Shown in pieces: positions 48,401-60,597 of a stretch of 64,000 bases of DNA. The notes under the pieces are model-generated. The model was not told the DNA's origin. It did no database searches and saw only the letters and a list, made by a program, of their open reading frames with translations. Every line of letters starts with the position of its first letter. Within the stretch, counting starts at the first letter, position 1. Origin of the DNA: Paecilomyces variotii (taxonomy: Eukaryota); the NCBI GenBank assembly GCA_004022145.1, contig RCNU01000001.1; one strand, written 5' to 3'. The translations under genes were made by a program, and so were the position numbers.

Positions 48401-50641
48401 GTACGACTGCCGTTGCCAATCTGAAGGCATCAACAAACAAGTCATCAAGATCGCTTCCAGGAACCTGTTGCGGGACACATAGACCTCAATGGCGTCGTTT
48501 CTGTCTCCCAGGCCCAGTAGTATAGTAGCGGACGTATGTATGTCTCCCGATTCGAGCAACCTTTGGACGAACGCCTGTCCTATTTTGTTGCTTTGTGCTT
48601 GGCCACTCATCTGGCTGAGAGCCAACAGCATCCAGTCAGTCGCTGATATCGATCCGCTACTCATCATGGATGTCGTCTGGTCCGGGTCGACGTTTCCGAG
48701 CCAACGGGACAAGAGAATTGCGTTCCGGCTATTGGGAACATGTTGATCCACTGATAGACAATAGTTAGTATCCCCAGAGCCAACTTTTCACGAGACATGA
48801 AATGCTGTACCTACATTCAGCACGTATTAGCTCCTCGATATCATTATCCCACCCAAACACCAGACTTAGCATCCGCTTGCGCAGATCGTCTGCGGTAAGA
48901 TGAGCCTCGTCAAGAGCGGGTTGCTGTTTGTAGGGGACATCATTAAGCCGTGCGCGGATAAAGGGGAACAGATCGTCGAGCGGCTGATCAACAGGGCTTC
49001 GGAAGACTTCATTCTTCAAACGAGACCCAGATCTGTTGCCTGTTGCTGAGGACGTTGAAACGGAGGATGTGTAAGCGATCGACGTCGAGGTCTGTCGAGG
49101 TATCGGGCCATTACCACCTGAGGTCAACGAGAATGTTGTACCGCTACGCCCAGATTTGCTGATTGGCGAGAAAGCTCCACGGCCTGCTCCGGAAGAGGCC
49201 CCGGAACTCATGGAGTTCGTTCGACTTTTGGTCGATCCTGGACTCGCGGTTTGTGCGCGTTTCTCGGGTGCCCCGATAATGGGATCCACTTCATGTTGTT
49301 TCTGTCTGGTGTTGGGTATATCTTCCTTTATGTCTGCAGGGGCCTGCAAACTAGGGTTCGAATTCGAGGCTTGTCGCGGTACTTCCAGCGGCGGTGGCAT
49401 CTCAATGGGCACATGTTGTACACTAGCCACCATCGCCAAATACTCGAGATCATATTGTTGGACGGTATGGTTCGGTCCAAGTGTGAACAACGACGCCGTT
49501 GGGCCATAGTTAGCCACTCCACGAATGTCGTCTATGGTTGGAATAGGTTCGTAGGTGACGCGTTTCGTCCTGACATCCCAGGCCCAGATTTCTCTATAAA
49601 TTTGTATTCCTATCAGTGAACCGGTCCATTTATGGTTCCAAGCTAGATGAGGAAGGGAACATGGGGTACAGGGAAATGGAGGGGTGCTGCTGAGTTAGCT
49701 TGGGGGCCACGCACCTGTCCATATACTGTACAACCCTCCCATTTTTGGACCACGCGATCCATTTCGGACCCAGAGAATAAATCTCTGATCTCCTGAGAGC
49801 TCGAATTACTCTTGGGGCATCGTTTCCCGGTGGCTTGGATACGCTCCAAATCCTCAGATCTCCGTCGTCGGTTTGGGTCGCGAGCATGTCGGACTTCTGC
49901 TTCGACGAAGAAGCATGCCACGCCAACCCGACCACTGGTGATGGATCTCTTGGAATAGTTAACGCATGCAAGATGGCAAACTTAGGCTGCAGCGTTGCTA
50001 AAAGAATCGAACCGTTTTGATACCTGAAGATGTCAGTCAAAGAATGCAAGTTCTCTGGGTTTCGACCTACCCAATCGCATGCGTCTGACAATCTGCCAAT
50101 GGCGCCAGAGCCGTTATGGGATCAGAGATTGTGGAAATTGATTTGTGCTCCGAGGTGGAAGGCTCGAATAAGATGATCTCTCCCTTTCCGTTGCCTATCC
50201 ATAGGTCAGTAGCTGGGCGTTGAATATATGAAGATATATGTACAACTCACCAAATGCTACCGTTCCGTTGCGCATCCATGCTGCGACACGCAGATGCTCG
50301 AATGATGCGAACCTCGCAATCTCAGAGCCTGTGAACAGATCCCAGACGATGGCCGTTTGGCCAACATCATAGCTGACCACCAATCTGCCCGCACCCCTCT
50401 CACTCACGTTGTCCACCGAAATAAAATCGATGTTTTCGCCATGTTGCGTGAAGCGACGTTCAACTGCCAAGGTGTCATGATGGAGAGATAGTATTACTGG
50501 ACCCTGCGCGTATAGAAACAGAGAGGCGGTGGATGCACACGGTTCAAACGGGTCGGAGATTTGTGACTGAGGGGTCATTGGGATACTCGTTGAGGATACC
50601 GAGTCCGACGGTAGAACCTCCTGCAGGGAAACGCCTGCCAT
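45467..50641 (-). CDS. Large WD-repeat protein with N-terminal beta-propeller, helical/TPR-like (Gemin5-like) middle and long R/S-rich disordered tail; multi-exon
   Basis: Joins ORFs 50195-50641, 49630-50091, 48765-49517 and 45467-48751. WD-like segments (AIVWDLFTG, DGDLRIWSV) and GDIHTSATILLGLGDRNDAIEVYVSRNRFLEAILMTCL. The start may lie further upstream (50780). Confidence 0.75.
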
Positions 50642-51621
50642 GCTGTGGAATATCGATCTGTGCCTCCACGGAGGGTCTATCTATTGTCAGTACATTTTCG
50701 TTGAGGTTGGTTTCCAGAGTCAGTTTTGTCGAATTTACCAACTGAGGGGTAGGTGAGATGAGGAGGGCAGCAGCCATCATGCAGTATATCTATGTAGGGG
50801 GGTATAAAACGCAGGAATTAATGACTTTCACTGACCCTATGAGACGACGCTAGGCCAAGTCACCGGGTGGTGACTCTGTACCAGCGTGGCGAGCAGAACC
50901 TATCCAGGATGTCGCACAAGCGCCAGATCCAGTTCAGGTACCATGTAGGAATCTTGTGCTTCGAACGAGAACGAAACCTTCAGTCAGTCCCAGACGGGGA
51001 GAGCCTTGTGTGACGGCGCGTGAACATCTACTGGAAAGAGCGTCTGGCTGTGGAATCTCGATTTAGGATATATCGACCGCAGTTAGACCTTCGGGAGAGA
51101 TTGAGGTTGAACACAACGCAGTCTATACGGACTAGAGAGCGCAGAGTTGGAGAAGAAGAAGACTCAGGACGCGCATGCATATGGAAGATGAGATGATATC
51201 GGGGGGGATGGGGGGATAGAGTAGAGCAGGGGTGTTCTTCTCTCATGTACCCAATGGAGCTCACATCCACTGGGGGGGAAAGGCTTCATTCTCCCAGGTT
51301 GCTTCCCAGCGGTTATAGGAAGAATGAGCGATGGAGATACTCTAGTGCCGCTGACCTTCGAGACGCTCAGTGGAGACGGACGATCACAGGTAGAGCTTCG
51401 ATCGAGATAGCTGGAGGAGGGCTTTCCACTGCTGCTACTTGCTCTGCCCACGACGCCGTCTCGTTGACAGCGGCTGCACTGCCGGTTGATCCATCTAGCT
51501 ATGTAGCTACCTGATCGGGATCTTACCTGAGTGGACAAGGACCCGGTCACGCGGAATCCAGTGACCAGCCGTGACTGTACAATAGTACAGTTGCAATCCC
51601 CTCTCATTGCACAGCACAGTC

Positions 51622-51664
51622 CAGATTCACTGGATTCACTGGATTGACTGGATTCACTTGAATC
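51622..51664 (+). repeat. 9-bp tandem repeat (CTGGATTCA), about 4.5 copies
   Basis: cagattcactggattcactggattgactggattcacttgaatc. Confidence 0.8.
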
Positions 51665-54167
51665 CCTAGACTAATTAACACCATCTGCGACATGCTATCC
51701 GGCCACAGGTATTGGCTATAGCGAAGCCATTCAACGAGCTGCGAGGGCGGACAGACGAAGCGATACAGAGCAATGGAAGCCCAGCCCGGGCGGGGGGCAG
51801 GGCGGGCACCGGGACTCGGCGCGGAGATGGCCCGTGAGTGGCTCCCGCGTGCGATCCAGGAACCGCAGGCGGAAGGCCAGTGGAAGAATTGATTGGCTGC
51901 TCAGCCTGCAGGGCGTTTCTTCACGCTGCAAGCCCCATCACCTGCACTGGCCAATCCGATCCTCCAACACGCCTCTCCGCCAGCACCAGATCCTGGTCGG
52001 CGCGTATATCACGCTCTTCATTTGCACAGAGAGGCCACACCTTCCCAGCAATGGCAGCACGCTTTCTAGATGGGGCACCCATGTCCCTCTCGCTCTTCGC
52101 TTTCCTTTCTACCATACACACCGTTGCTTCTCGCGAAAGAGATCAGACCATGCGGGAGTAGCAGTTTTACTGTCGATGCCACAGGAATTACCATGATGAT
52201 TCTTGAATAATGCCCAGTTGGGAGACAATTGACTCCTGATTTATTATTTATGACATAGCCACAGGAGAAAACACGAGCCCTACTGCACTGCAATCCTGCA
52301 GAGTCCCGCTCGGGCGTTAGGTAGGGAACTGCCTAAAGCGATTGCAATTAGGTAGCATGTGCCCGCAGTCGGAGGAACCGGAGAGCCAGCATCACGGCTT
52401 CTCGCAGTCTGCAAACGGGACGCAGCGGGCTTGGTGGCTTCATCCACATAGATTTTGTAGTCAGGGAACCAGGCTGATTGATATGTGATTTATGTGATAT
52501 CACATCCATTGCCTCTGAGCGTTGTCGCTATAACCGGGTGGCAGGCGGATTGGATCAACTATATTATTTCCTGGAAGTGATGCCCCGATTTTGACCTCGC
52601 CCAGCGACATTCGAGACCGAGCCACAAGAGATGGCAATGGCAGAGAAGGTGCAACAAGGAGCGGCACGCAGAAGGGCTGGCCATCGCGTGAATTAGGTGG
52701 TAATGATGGCTGAAATATGGTCACATCCTATCACATCCCATTCAACTTAATCTACCCTCGTTGGCACATACTGGCTGCTGGACTTCTTAGCCGCGTATTT
52801 CACATAATTATCACTCCGCACCTCGTTTGTGATCACCAGGAACAGATTGTAGGATGATAATATCTCCTATCTCTGAACAGTATTGTTTGATATTGTTATC
52901 CGCGCCGGATGATGGGAGATTCATCTCCCACGAGGTTTCCACGACTCTCAGAACCTCGACAGTGGGCTCTTTATGTGCCATGCAAGACCTTCAGCCACCA
53001 AAGCCTTCCCTTCTCTTAAGGTTCGGCTTCTTCTTCTCGTTAAACTTCGTGGTGCGCATCCTTGGAAGGTGGTCATGGTTCGAGTATTATTAGCGGGTGC
53101 GCATGTACAGCGGAAACGATCACCCCGCTCCTAGCGAGTGCTTTTGCATCGACAAATAATACAACTCCCTGCACCGTATATTTCCTATCATGGTTCTATG
53201 CGTCCGCGTCTCTGCTAGGCAGCGGAACAACCGTTCCGAAAGTGATAAGCTAACTCGACCTGAAGAAATGCACTTGCAGGATGGACCGCATTCCCACGTT
53301 CCCGTGTCATACGAATGTTGACCCAGATGTTCGGTCCGCCTGTTCGTAAGCTAATCCATACTTCAACCTTGGCGGTGTAGTCTCGATGAAGGCTCCTACA
53401 CTTTCACACCACATTCTAGTTAAGGCTAGAGCTAGTTTGGGGCTTACTGGCAAGTGTCCACCAGGGGCCGCATGCTAGGATATCCCCTATACCAGCAAAA
53501 GTACTCCTCTTGACATCATCGACACTAGTTGCTGTTCTGATCTATCGGACTAGGGTTATGCAGCGATCACTCGATTCTGTACGCCTGATCGTCATGTCGA
53601 TCCCGCACCTTCCGGGGGCAGATAATGAGGCTCTCTCTCGTTTCGTTTCAAGCTAAGCTTCCTCTCCCAGTAGATCGCCAGAGTCATTATAAATCTTTAC
53701 CCCGTGCTTATTGCTATTTTTACGTCTGTAGTCTTGATCGAGCTCCCAGTGCACGTCGATCAGGCATCTCTATAATGGATTAATGCGTCTCTGATTTCTG
53801 GCCGTTGAGTTCCTTTTTGGTAACGGGTCAGGGAAACGAGGGAATCACACCAGTACCCCAGCATCTCTAACCACGCGCATGCAAGACTCATGACAATGCT
53901 GGTCACTAGAGGCTACTATTATTAGCTAAATAATTTGTTAAGTACAAGCTCTTTTTATCTGCCCTGGAGATGACTATGTTAGCTTCAAGTTCCGCTCACC
54001 GTCAACATCAGCATGCCGATTCCGCATCGGGAAAGCACCCAATGACATCACCCGCACGATGCATCAAAAATCGCCAAAATGCTAAATTGGATTTATATAT
54101 CGCCATATAGAGACTCCAATGCTCAAATATATATCACTTAATAAAACATATCATATCAGCACCTACC

Positions 54168-55202
54168 ATGTCGAAACGAACCCTCCACGCCTTTTTCAAA
54201 CCATCATCATCACCACAAGCAAAGAAATCACGCACAGACACAACGTCTACACCGACTACAGAAGAAAGAACACCAACATCCCAAAAGCAAGAAGACGACC
54301 CAGCTGTTCCACCCAGCAGCATCCATCCCACATATCCATTCCCCATCGCAGCTCTCGACAGCTCTCTATCCACCTCATTATCACTCGACACCCCATCAAA
54401 CCCACCGAAACACATCAACAACCAGCCCCATCTCGACCTGCTCTACTTCCAACCCTACATTCCGCACAGGACTGCGCAACAGCTTTTCCTCTTCTTAAGA
54501 CGAAATCTACCCTTCTACCGTGTGAAATATACTATTCGTCGCGGATCCACTGAAACAATCATCAACACGCCTCGCTTCACAACTGTATTCGGCGTTGATG
54601 AGACGTCTTACTTCGCTTTGCCAGCGGATGTATCAAATACAAATACAAACACCACCGAGCGAATTCTAATAGATAGAAAAACAAAAACGCCCATCTCCAG
54701 GAACAAATATAAATGTACACCGCGACCAATACCCTCGTGTCTCGAAACGGTGCGCAAACAAATCGAATCCGTCTGCGGCGCAACGTTTAATTTCTGTCTG
54801 ATTAATTATTACGCTTCGGGCGAGGATAGTATTTCGTATCATTCGGATGATGAGCGGTTCTTGGGACCAGAGCCCACTATTGCATCGTTGTCGTTGGGTG
54901 CGAGGAGGGATTTTCTCATGAGGCATAAGCCTTTTCAGTCTGGTGGTGAGAGGGGTACGTTGAAGCTTCCGCTCGGGTCGGGAGATATGGTGGTTATGAG
55001 AGGTGAGACGCAGGCGAATTGGCTACATTCTATACCGAAGCGGAAAGCGGGAGGGGAGGCGGACCGAGGGAGGATCAACATTACGTTTAGAAAGGCGGTC
55101 GTGCCGGGTGGGACGGAGAATTATTATCGGTATAATGTGGGGGATGGGGAGGTGTATAGATGGGATGAAGAAAGGGGGGAGATGGTGAAATGGAAGGGGT
55201 AG
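54168..55202 (+). CDS. AlkB-family Fe(II)/2-oxoglutarate dioxygenase (ALKBH2/3-like DNA/RNA repair)
   Basis: TPRFTTVFG, FNFCLINYYASGEDSISYHSDDE (HxD), IASLSLGARRDF, WLHSIPKRK (distal His), RINITFRK (RxxxxxR). Confidence 0.92.
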   Translation: MSKRTLHAFFKPSSSPQAKKSRTDTTSTPTTEERTPTSQKQEDDPAVPPSSIHPTYPFPIAALDSSLSTSLSLDTPSNPPKHINNQPHLDLLYFQPYIPHRTAQQLFLFLRRNLPFYRVKYTIRRGSTETIINTPRFTTVFGVDETSYFALPADVSNTNTNTTERILIDRKTKTPISRNKYKCTPRPIPSCLETVRKQIESVCGATFNFCLINYYASGEDSISYHSDDERFLGPEPTIASLSLGARRDFLMRHKPFQSGGERGTLKLPLGSGDMVVMRGETQANWLHSIPKRKAGGEADRGRINITFRKAVVPGGTENYYRYNVGDGEVYRWDEERGEMVKWKG

Positions 55203-55362
55203 TTGTTTGGGATAGAGTTGGAACCATGTATATTTTTTGGATATGGATTTATTATCAGACTAGTTCTAATTGCATATACATACAATATAAAGGGAAAGAC
55301 TGGTGTATATTTGTGCGTGCTATACATACATATATATCCGCTCACAGCATCCAAGCTATTAC

Positions 55363-56603
55363 TTACCATTCCAATCCCCTCAACTTCAACGGAAGATGAA
55401 GCATCCGATGTCCTGATTCCGTCGGTTTGGGAAGTCTTCCTGCTCGTATATTCATCTGTAGTGATTGATGCAATAGTCTCGGCTCTGCCAGCTTCGCATC
55501 ACGTTCCTTACGGAAAGTTACGAATTCATCCTCCGTCACTTTGTCATTCAGATGCGTGTTCTTCTCCCTATGCGCCTTGACGCTTATCCAGGGAACAGGA
55601 CCACGGCCTTCCGGTGGGTAGTCATGACCCGGCCAGATTTTGACATGGTCCGGCAAGCTGAGCAGCTTGCGACCTGAGTCATAGAGATCGTTGGCGCTTC
55701 CACCGGGGAAGTCGCAACGTGCAGTGCCAATATCTACATGGAAGAGAGAGTCGCCGCAAAATACATTATCTAAAACATGTCAGCTGAGTCGTGTGACAGA
55801 ATAGTTATTTAATCAAGGTCCTTACCTCCAATTTTATACCCAAGATGATCAGGAGTATGACCAGGAAGGTGCATAGCCGTAGCCTGTATCTCACCAATAC
55901 TAAACGTCTCATCATCATCGAAAAGCTTCGAGAAAACATTCTCATATTCCTCTCTCGGAACGCTATATCTCTGACTGAACAGCTTCTGCACTTGACCAAT
56001 CCGCTTTCCAATACTGATAGGTGGCCGATGACCTTGTTCCGCAGCTAGTCGTTTCTGGAGATACGTTGCTGCGGTGATATGATCCGCATGGACGTGCGTT
56101 TCGAGGATTCTGTCAACCTTGTAGCTCTTCTCTTTGACTAACGAGAGCAATTGATCAGCTGAGCTGGTTGTTATGACTTGCGTGGCGGGATCGTAGTCCA
56201 GAACAGGGTCGATAATGACGGCGGTCAAAGTGGACGGGTCAGCCACCACGTATTGCCATGTACCTGTTTTGCTTTCGAAGACGTCGTGGATAATTGGCTC
56301 GTTGGTGGCGGTGCGTTGCGTACTATATGCAGCTCGAACTCGAGGTGTATGTTGTGGCAATTTGGACCTGACTGTCTGCATGCAGGGCTGTGAGAAGGTA
56401 CGCCGCCCAGAGACTAATAGACGCTTGCAAGATTCTTGATAAACCCCTCCGCTGCTAGAAGAACAGCTCCTTGGAAGGGTTTGGGCAGTGTATGTCGCAT
56501 TATGCGCAATGCGTTGATGGAAAGGAAGGGTGGCGGAGGTCCGTCCCCCAAGGAGACTAAGCGGTTGCCAGTTATTGATAAGATGAGGTCGAAGAGATTT
56601 CAT
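55363..56603 (-). CDS. Persulfide (sulfur) dioxygenase, metallo-beta-lactamase fold, 2 exons, with presequence-like N-terminus
   Basis: IIDPVLDYDP, LETHVHADH, PGHTPDH; intron 55770-55825; then GDNVFCGDSLF, GTARCDFPGG, IWPGHDYPP, RKERDAKLAEPRLLHQSLQMNIRAGRLP. Confidence 0.9.
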
Positions 56604-56713
56604 GATTTCATGATTTTACCAATTCACTAGACTTGCATGCAGCGATTCTTGAAGGTTAACAAAGAATGAAGAGAGTCGTTTTATACTTGTTGAAATCGAT
56701 CTTAAACCCCAGT

Positions 56714-56796
56714 CGGGTCGCCGAACTATCTCGGGTCGACTCATACATAGTTCGGCGACCCGGGCAGCTAGCTCGCCGACCAAACTGCGCTCGCCG
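56714..56796. promoter_or_regulatory. 16-bp perfect inverted repeat plus clustered TCGCCG motifs in the PDO/SQR divergent promoter
   Basis: CGGGTCGCCGAACTAT (56714-29), 17-nt spacer, ATAGTTCGGCGACCCG (56747-62); further TCGCCG at 56773 and 56791. A regulatory role is inferred. Confidence 0.55.
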
Positions 56797-57383
56797 TTTG
56801 ACGTTTCTCCATGGTTTATGATATACGCCAGGAGCTGATTGGCCGGCTAGGGGAGAGTGTCGTTATGTCAACTTGACGGCGTTCAACAGTTGACCATTCC
56901 CCGAGAACTGAATATTTTGAACCGTACGAATGTCGGGGAAAGTCTTGAATAATAGATGGACGATCAGCGAATCTTTCCTTGAACAGTAAGGCGAAATTCA
57001 AGTAGAATAGATCCAATTGCAAAAACACAAGAAGATTACACCGGAGTCGGCGGTTAAAAACTCAACTAGGAAGCTATCCATGAAAATTTCGCCACAGATA
57101 ACCCCAGTTTTACCCGAACCCCTCTGGTAATCACTAATCTTACAGTAAGCTTATGGTCCGTGCTTTTTTAGATTTCAGATGAACAAAATGAGAGCAAATT
57201 TCACACATCGTGAAACTCCCCCAGACATTTAAGATTGCACCAGTCTTAGCCTGTCCATTCATTAAGGTGTCGGCTCCTTTTTTTTTTTCTGATACATTTA
57301 TTTATCCTTCCCTTTATTTAGCGGGTCTCTTGTCATTTTTGCCCTTGTTACTTTGATCTCATTATTGTAAACCGCACTATCAT

Positions 57384-58736
57384 ATGTTCAAGATGTTCGC
57401 CAACCGTGCAACATCAGCGGCTGGTGCTACTGCCCGAACGGCTCTAAAAGCCCGCAGCTTTGCAACTGCTTCGCCTGTGGGCTCTACCACTCGCAGCCAC
57501 AAGGTTGTCGTTGTGGGTGGCGGCTCTGCTGGCCTGACTATCAGTCACCAGCTCCTTCGCTCTGGCAAGTTTGCCAAAGATGACATTGCTATCGTCGACC
57601 CCTCCAAATGGCATAACTACCAGCCCGGCTGGACGCTGGTCGGAGGTGGCCTCAAGACCAAGGAGGAGCTGCGAAGACCCCTTGACAGCCTGGTTGACCC
57701 CAAGCTTAAGTTCTATAACGATAGCGTGAGCCAGTTTACGCCCGAAGAAAACATTGTCAAGCTAGGCAACGGCGAGCAGGTCAGCTACGAGCAGCTTGTC
57801 GTGGCCCCCGGAATCACCCTCAACATTGATAGCATCAAGGGACTCCCTGAGGCTCTTGCTAACCCGGACGCCCTTGTTGCTTCCATCTATAGCTATGACA
57901 CCTGCGACAGGGTCTTCGAAAATGTTAAGAAATTCCAAAAGGGTGACGCCCTGTTCACCCAACCTACTGGTGTGATCAAGTGTGCTGGTGCTCCTCAGAA
58001 GATCATGTGGCTCGCGCTGGACCACTGGAAGCGAGCAGGCCTTTACAATCCTAGCAACCCTTCCAGTGGATCGATTCAGATCAGCTTTGCCACGGGTCTA
58101 CCTGGCATGTTTGGTGTGCCCAAGTACAGCAAGACACTCGAGGAGCTACGAAAGGAGAGGGGTGTTGAAGGTCTGTTCCAGCACGATCTCGTTGCCATTG
58201 AGGGCAACACCGCCGTTTTTGCTCGCCCGGACGGACAGGAGCAGGTCAAGAAGCACTTTGACTTCCTGCATGTCACGCCCAAGATGGGACCCCATGCGTT
58301 TGTCAAGAACAGTCCCCTGGCGGATGCTGCTGGTTTCGTTGCAGTGGACCAGGCCACCACTCGCCACACGAAGTACTCGAACGTCTGGTCTGCTGGCGAT
58401 GCCTCCAGCCTTCCTACTTCCAAGACGGCAGCCGCCATCACTTCTGAGGCGCCGGTTCTCGTTCGCAATCTGCTGCAAACCATGGAGGGCAAGGAGCTTG
58501 ACGCAGCGTACGATGGTTACACCTCATGCCCGCTTCTTACCGAGTACGGCAAGGTCCTCCTTGCTGAGTTCAAGTACGGCGGAGAGCCCAAGGAGACCTT
58601 TGGCAAGATGTTCGGAATTGACCAGGCCGTTCCTCGTCGCGCCTTCTACCATCTGAAGAAGGACTTCTTCCCGTGGGTGTACTATCAGGCTATGGTTAAG
58701 GGTACCTGGGGTGGTCCCAAGGGCTGGCTCAACTAA
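57384..58736 (+). CDS. sqr: Mitochondrial sulfide:quinone oxidoreductase (Hmt2/SQOR-like), intronless
   Basis: VVVVGGGSAG FAD-binding motif, HNYQPGWTLVGGG, catalytic Cys in IKCAGAPQK and YDGYTSCPL, LPTSKTAAA, LAEFKYG; Arg/Ala/Thr-rich presequence-like N-terminus. Confidence 0.96.
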   Translation: MFKMFANRATSAAGATARTALKARSFATASPVGSTTRSHKVVVVGGGSAGLTISHQLLRSGKFAKDDIAIVDPSKWHNYQPGWTLVGGGLKTKEELRRPLDSLVDPKLKFYNDSVSQFTPEENIVKLGNGEQVSYEQLVVAPGITLNIDSIKGLPEALANPDALVASIYSYDTCDRVFENVKKFQKGDALFTQPTGVIKCAGAPQKIMWLALDHWKRAGLYNPSNPSSGSIQISFATGLPGMFGVPKYSKTLEELRKERGVEGLFQHDLVAIEGNTAVFARPDGQEQVKKHFDFLHVTPKMGPHAFVKNSPLADAAGFVAVDQATTRHTKYSNVWSAGDASSLPTSKTAAAITSEAPVLVRNLLQTMEGKELDAAYDGYTSCPLLTEYGKVLLAEFKYGGEPKETFGKMFGIDQAVPRRAFYHLKKDFFPWVYYQAMVKGTWGGPKGWLN

Positions 58737-59901
58737 AACAAAATTTCAACCGCTTGTATTTTAGAGGCAATAAAATAATAGAATCATAAGGGCTCAGAAA
58801 GACAACAACGACGACAACAACTAACTCGATCAGTAGCTAGTATTGAATACCATCAATACAATAGACGATGGCCTTCCAAAAACGACAGAAGCCTGAATTG
58901 ATGGAGAAAGATCCACTTTTCTGGGAGTACAGTACATCAGAAAACGCATGCAAACCACCCACTGCAACAAGCACGCAACTCAACTAGGCCAAACAGGTCT
59001 AGTCCAACGTCTCTGAATCTCCCGGCACTTAATTCAACCCATAAGTAACTAGTAGGTTTAAATGTCATTACACTCTTAGCAAACAAACCACACGTAGATA
59101 TACACTCTCGTCCAAGTATCTACATCCCGCTCCCTCCAGTTTCACGTCCCTTATCCCCTTGTAAGATCCATTCCTGTCCTGTATACAGATCATACGATCC
59201 TATCGTCCGAATACCTTTCTCGTCCGAAAAAGTACCTATTGAGCCCGAAATCAGTTCGGCCGAGAAAACATACGTAATTCCTCTTGGCATCGAGTATGCG
59301 AAGATCGGAAGACAATATATGCATTTTCAAAGGATGTCTTTGGTTGTCTTATAATCTATCCATCTTGATCAGATAAGTTAAAGATCGGTAGCACTAAGCC
59401 CTGCAATAGGCTATGGACCAAGCAGGAGAGAGAGATATTCGGTCGAGAACAGCGAATGGGGCCCACTAAATAGTGGATTGGATTGGATTGGTTTGGTTTG
59501 GTACCGCTAAACTTACATGGGTAATTTTGCGGTTCTTTTAAGTAGATACTGCAGGCATGCTTTCCCATGTCTGTCTTCCTGATATTGCCGAATGATAGGA
59601 CTGCTCTAATATATGCCACAGAATTACGCAAGGATAATATCGCAGGTTTTTCTTGCGACAGCGCTTCAAATCGAGATTTCAAGGAAGGCATTGTTCTAGC
59701 CGAACAATGCGTATGGTACTCGTCGCTTTCGTTGCCTCCATCTTTGCACGAAACGATCGAACAACTTGCAGGATGGTCCGGTAAGTTTCAATTCCTGCAT
59801 CGGATATCACAATCATCAAGCTTGAATCTACAGTGCTCGCGTGCGGTATGGTCATTGGAAATCATAAGTCTCAAAAGAAAGACAAAGTGGAGGATGTCCG
59901 G

Positions 59902-60597
59902 TTATTCTGAAGGTTCGCGATCAGCCAAAAGTCTGACTTGGTCCTTCAGAAATTCTAGAGTTACACTCGTCTCTTTCCCTCGCTCCAACAAGTATTTTGA
60001 ATGGCCCGCGGAGAACTCCACGCACCCAATTTGAGGCGCAATTGCAATGCGCCAAGCTAAGAGATACCCAGCGACATTCCACGCCACTTCCTCCGAAACA
60101 GTGGAGAAGACATTGGCTGAATAATCTTGAGTGTCCTCGCATCTTTTCTTGAAGTTGTCCGTATACTGTTGCACCCATGCGTCGTAGAGGTCAAGGACCG
60201 AGGAGGGAAATGAGGAGAGAACTTCTTCCGACTCTACGTGAGAGTCTTCGTCATGTGTAATGTCATCCAGACTCCGCCATATAAAGTCCGTACCATAGTC
60301 TGCAAAGATACGGTAATGTCGGACAGATTTTATCTGTGCGGGCGATTCAAGGGATGACGGTGCCTCAGATGTGGTCATCTCAACTAATATTGATTCTGAT
60401 TCCGCCACTGCATTGGCGATTTTCATGGTGAAGTCAAATTGCGTTTCGATCACAGCAGAGTTCCGATCCGACTCCGCCGCAGCCTCCTCGGAAAGTGTGC
60501 GCCATGCATCACCCAGGTTCCTAATCTTCTTGATGTATTTCTGAGATTGAGATTGACTGCAGAAGACAGCCAAAGGCTTGAGGATACCGGGGGCCAT
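59902..60597 (-). CDS. Hypothetical protein (start may be ATG at 60378)
   Basis: 231-aa ORF whose C-terminal part looks globular (HYRIFADYGTDFIWR, LYDAWVQQY, VAWNVAGYLLAWRIA). Confidence 0.65.
   Translation of the reverse strand: MAPGILKPLAVFCSQSQSQKYIKKIRNLGDAWRTLSEEAAAESDRNSAVIETQFDFTMKIANAVAESESILVEMTTSEAPSSLESPAQIKSVRHYRIFADYGTDFIWRSLDDITHDEDSHVESEEVLSSFPSSVLDLYDAWVQQYTDNFKKRCEDTQDYSANVFSTVSEEVAWNVAGYLLAWRIAIAPQIGCVEFSAGHSKYLLERGKETSVTLEFLKDQVRLLADREPSE

Noticed and set aside
57982-58656. 224-aa alternative-frame ORF inside SQR
   Set aside because: Low-complexity R/S/P-rich translation typical of an off-frame read of GC3-rich codons
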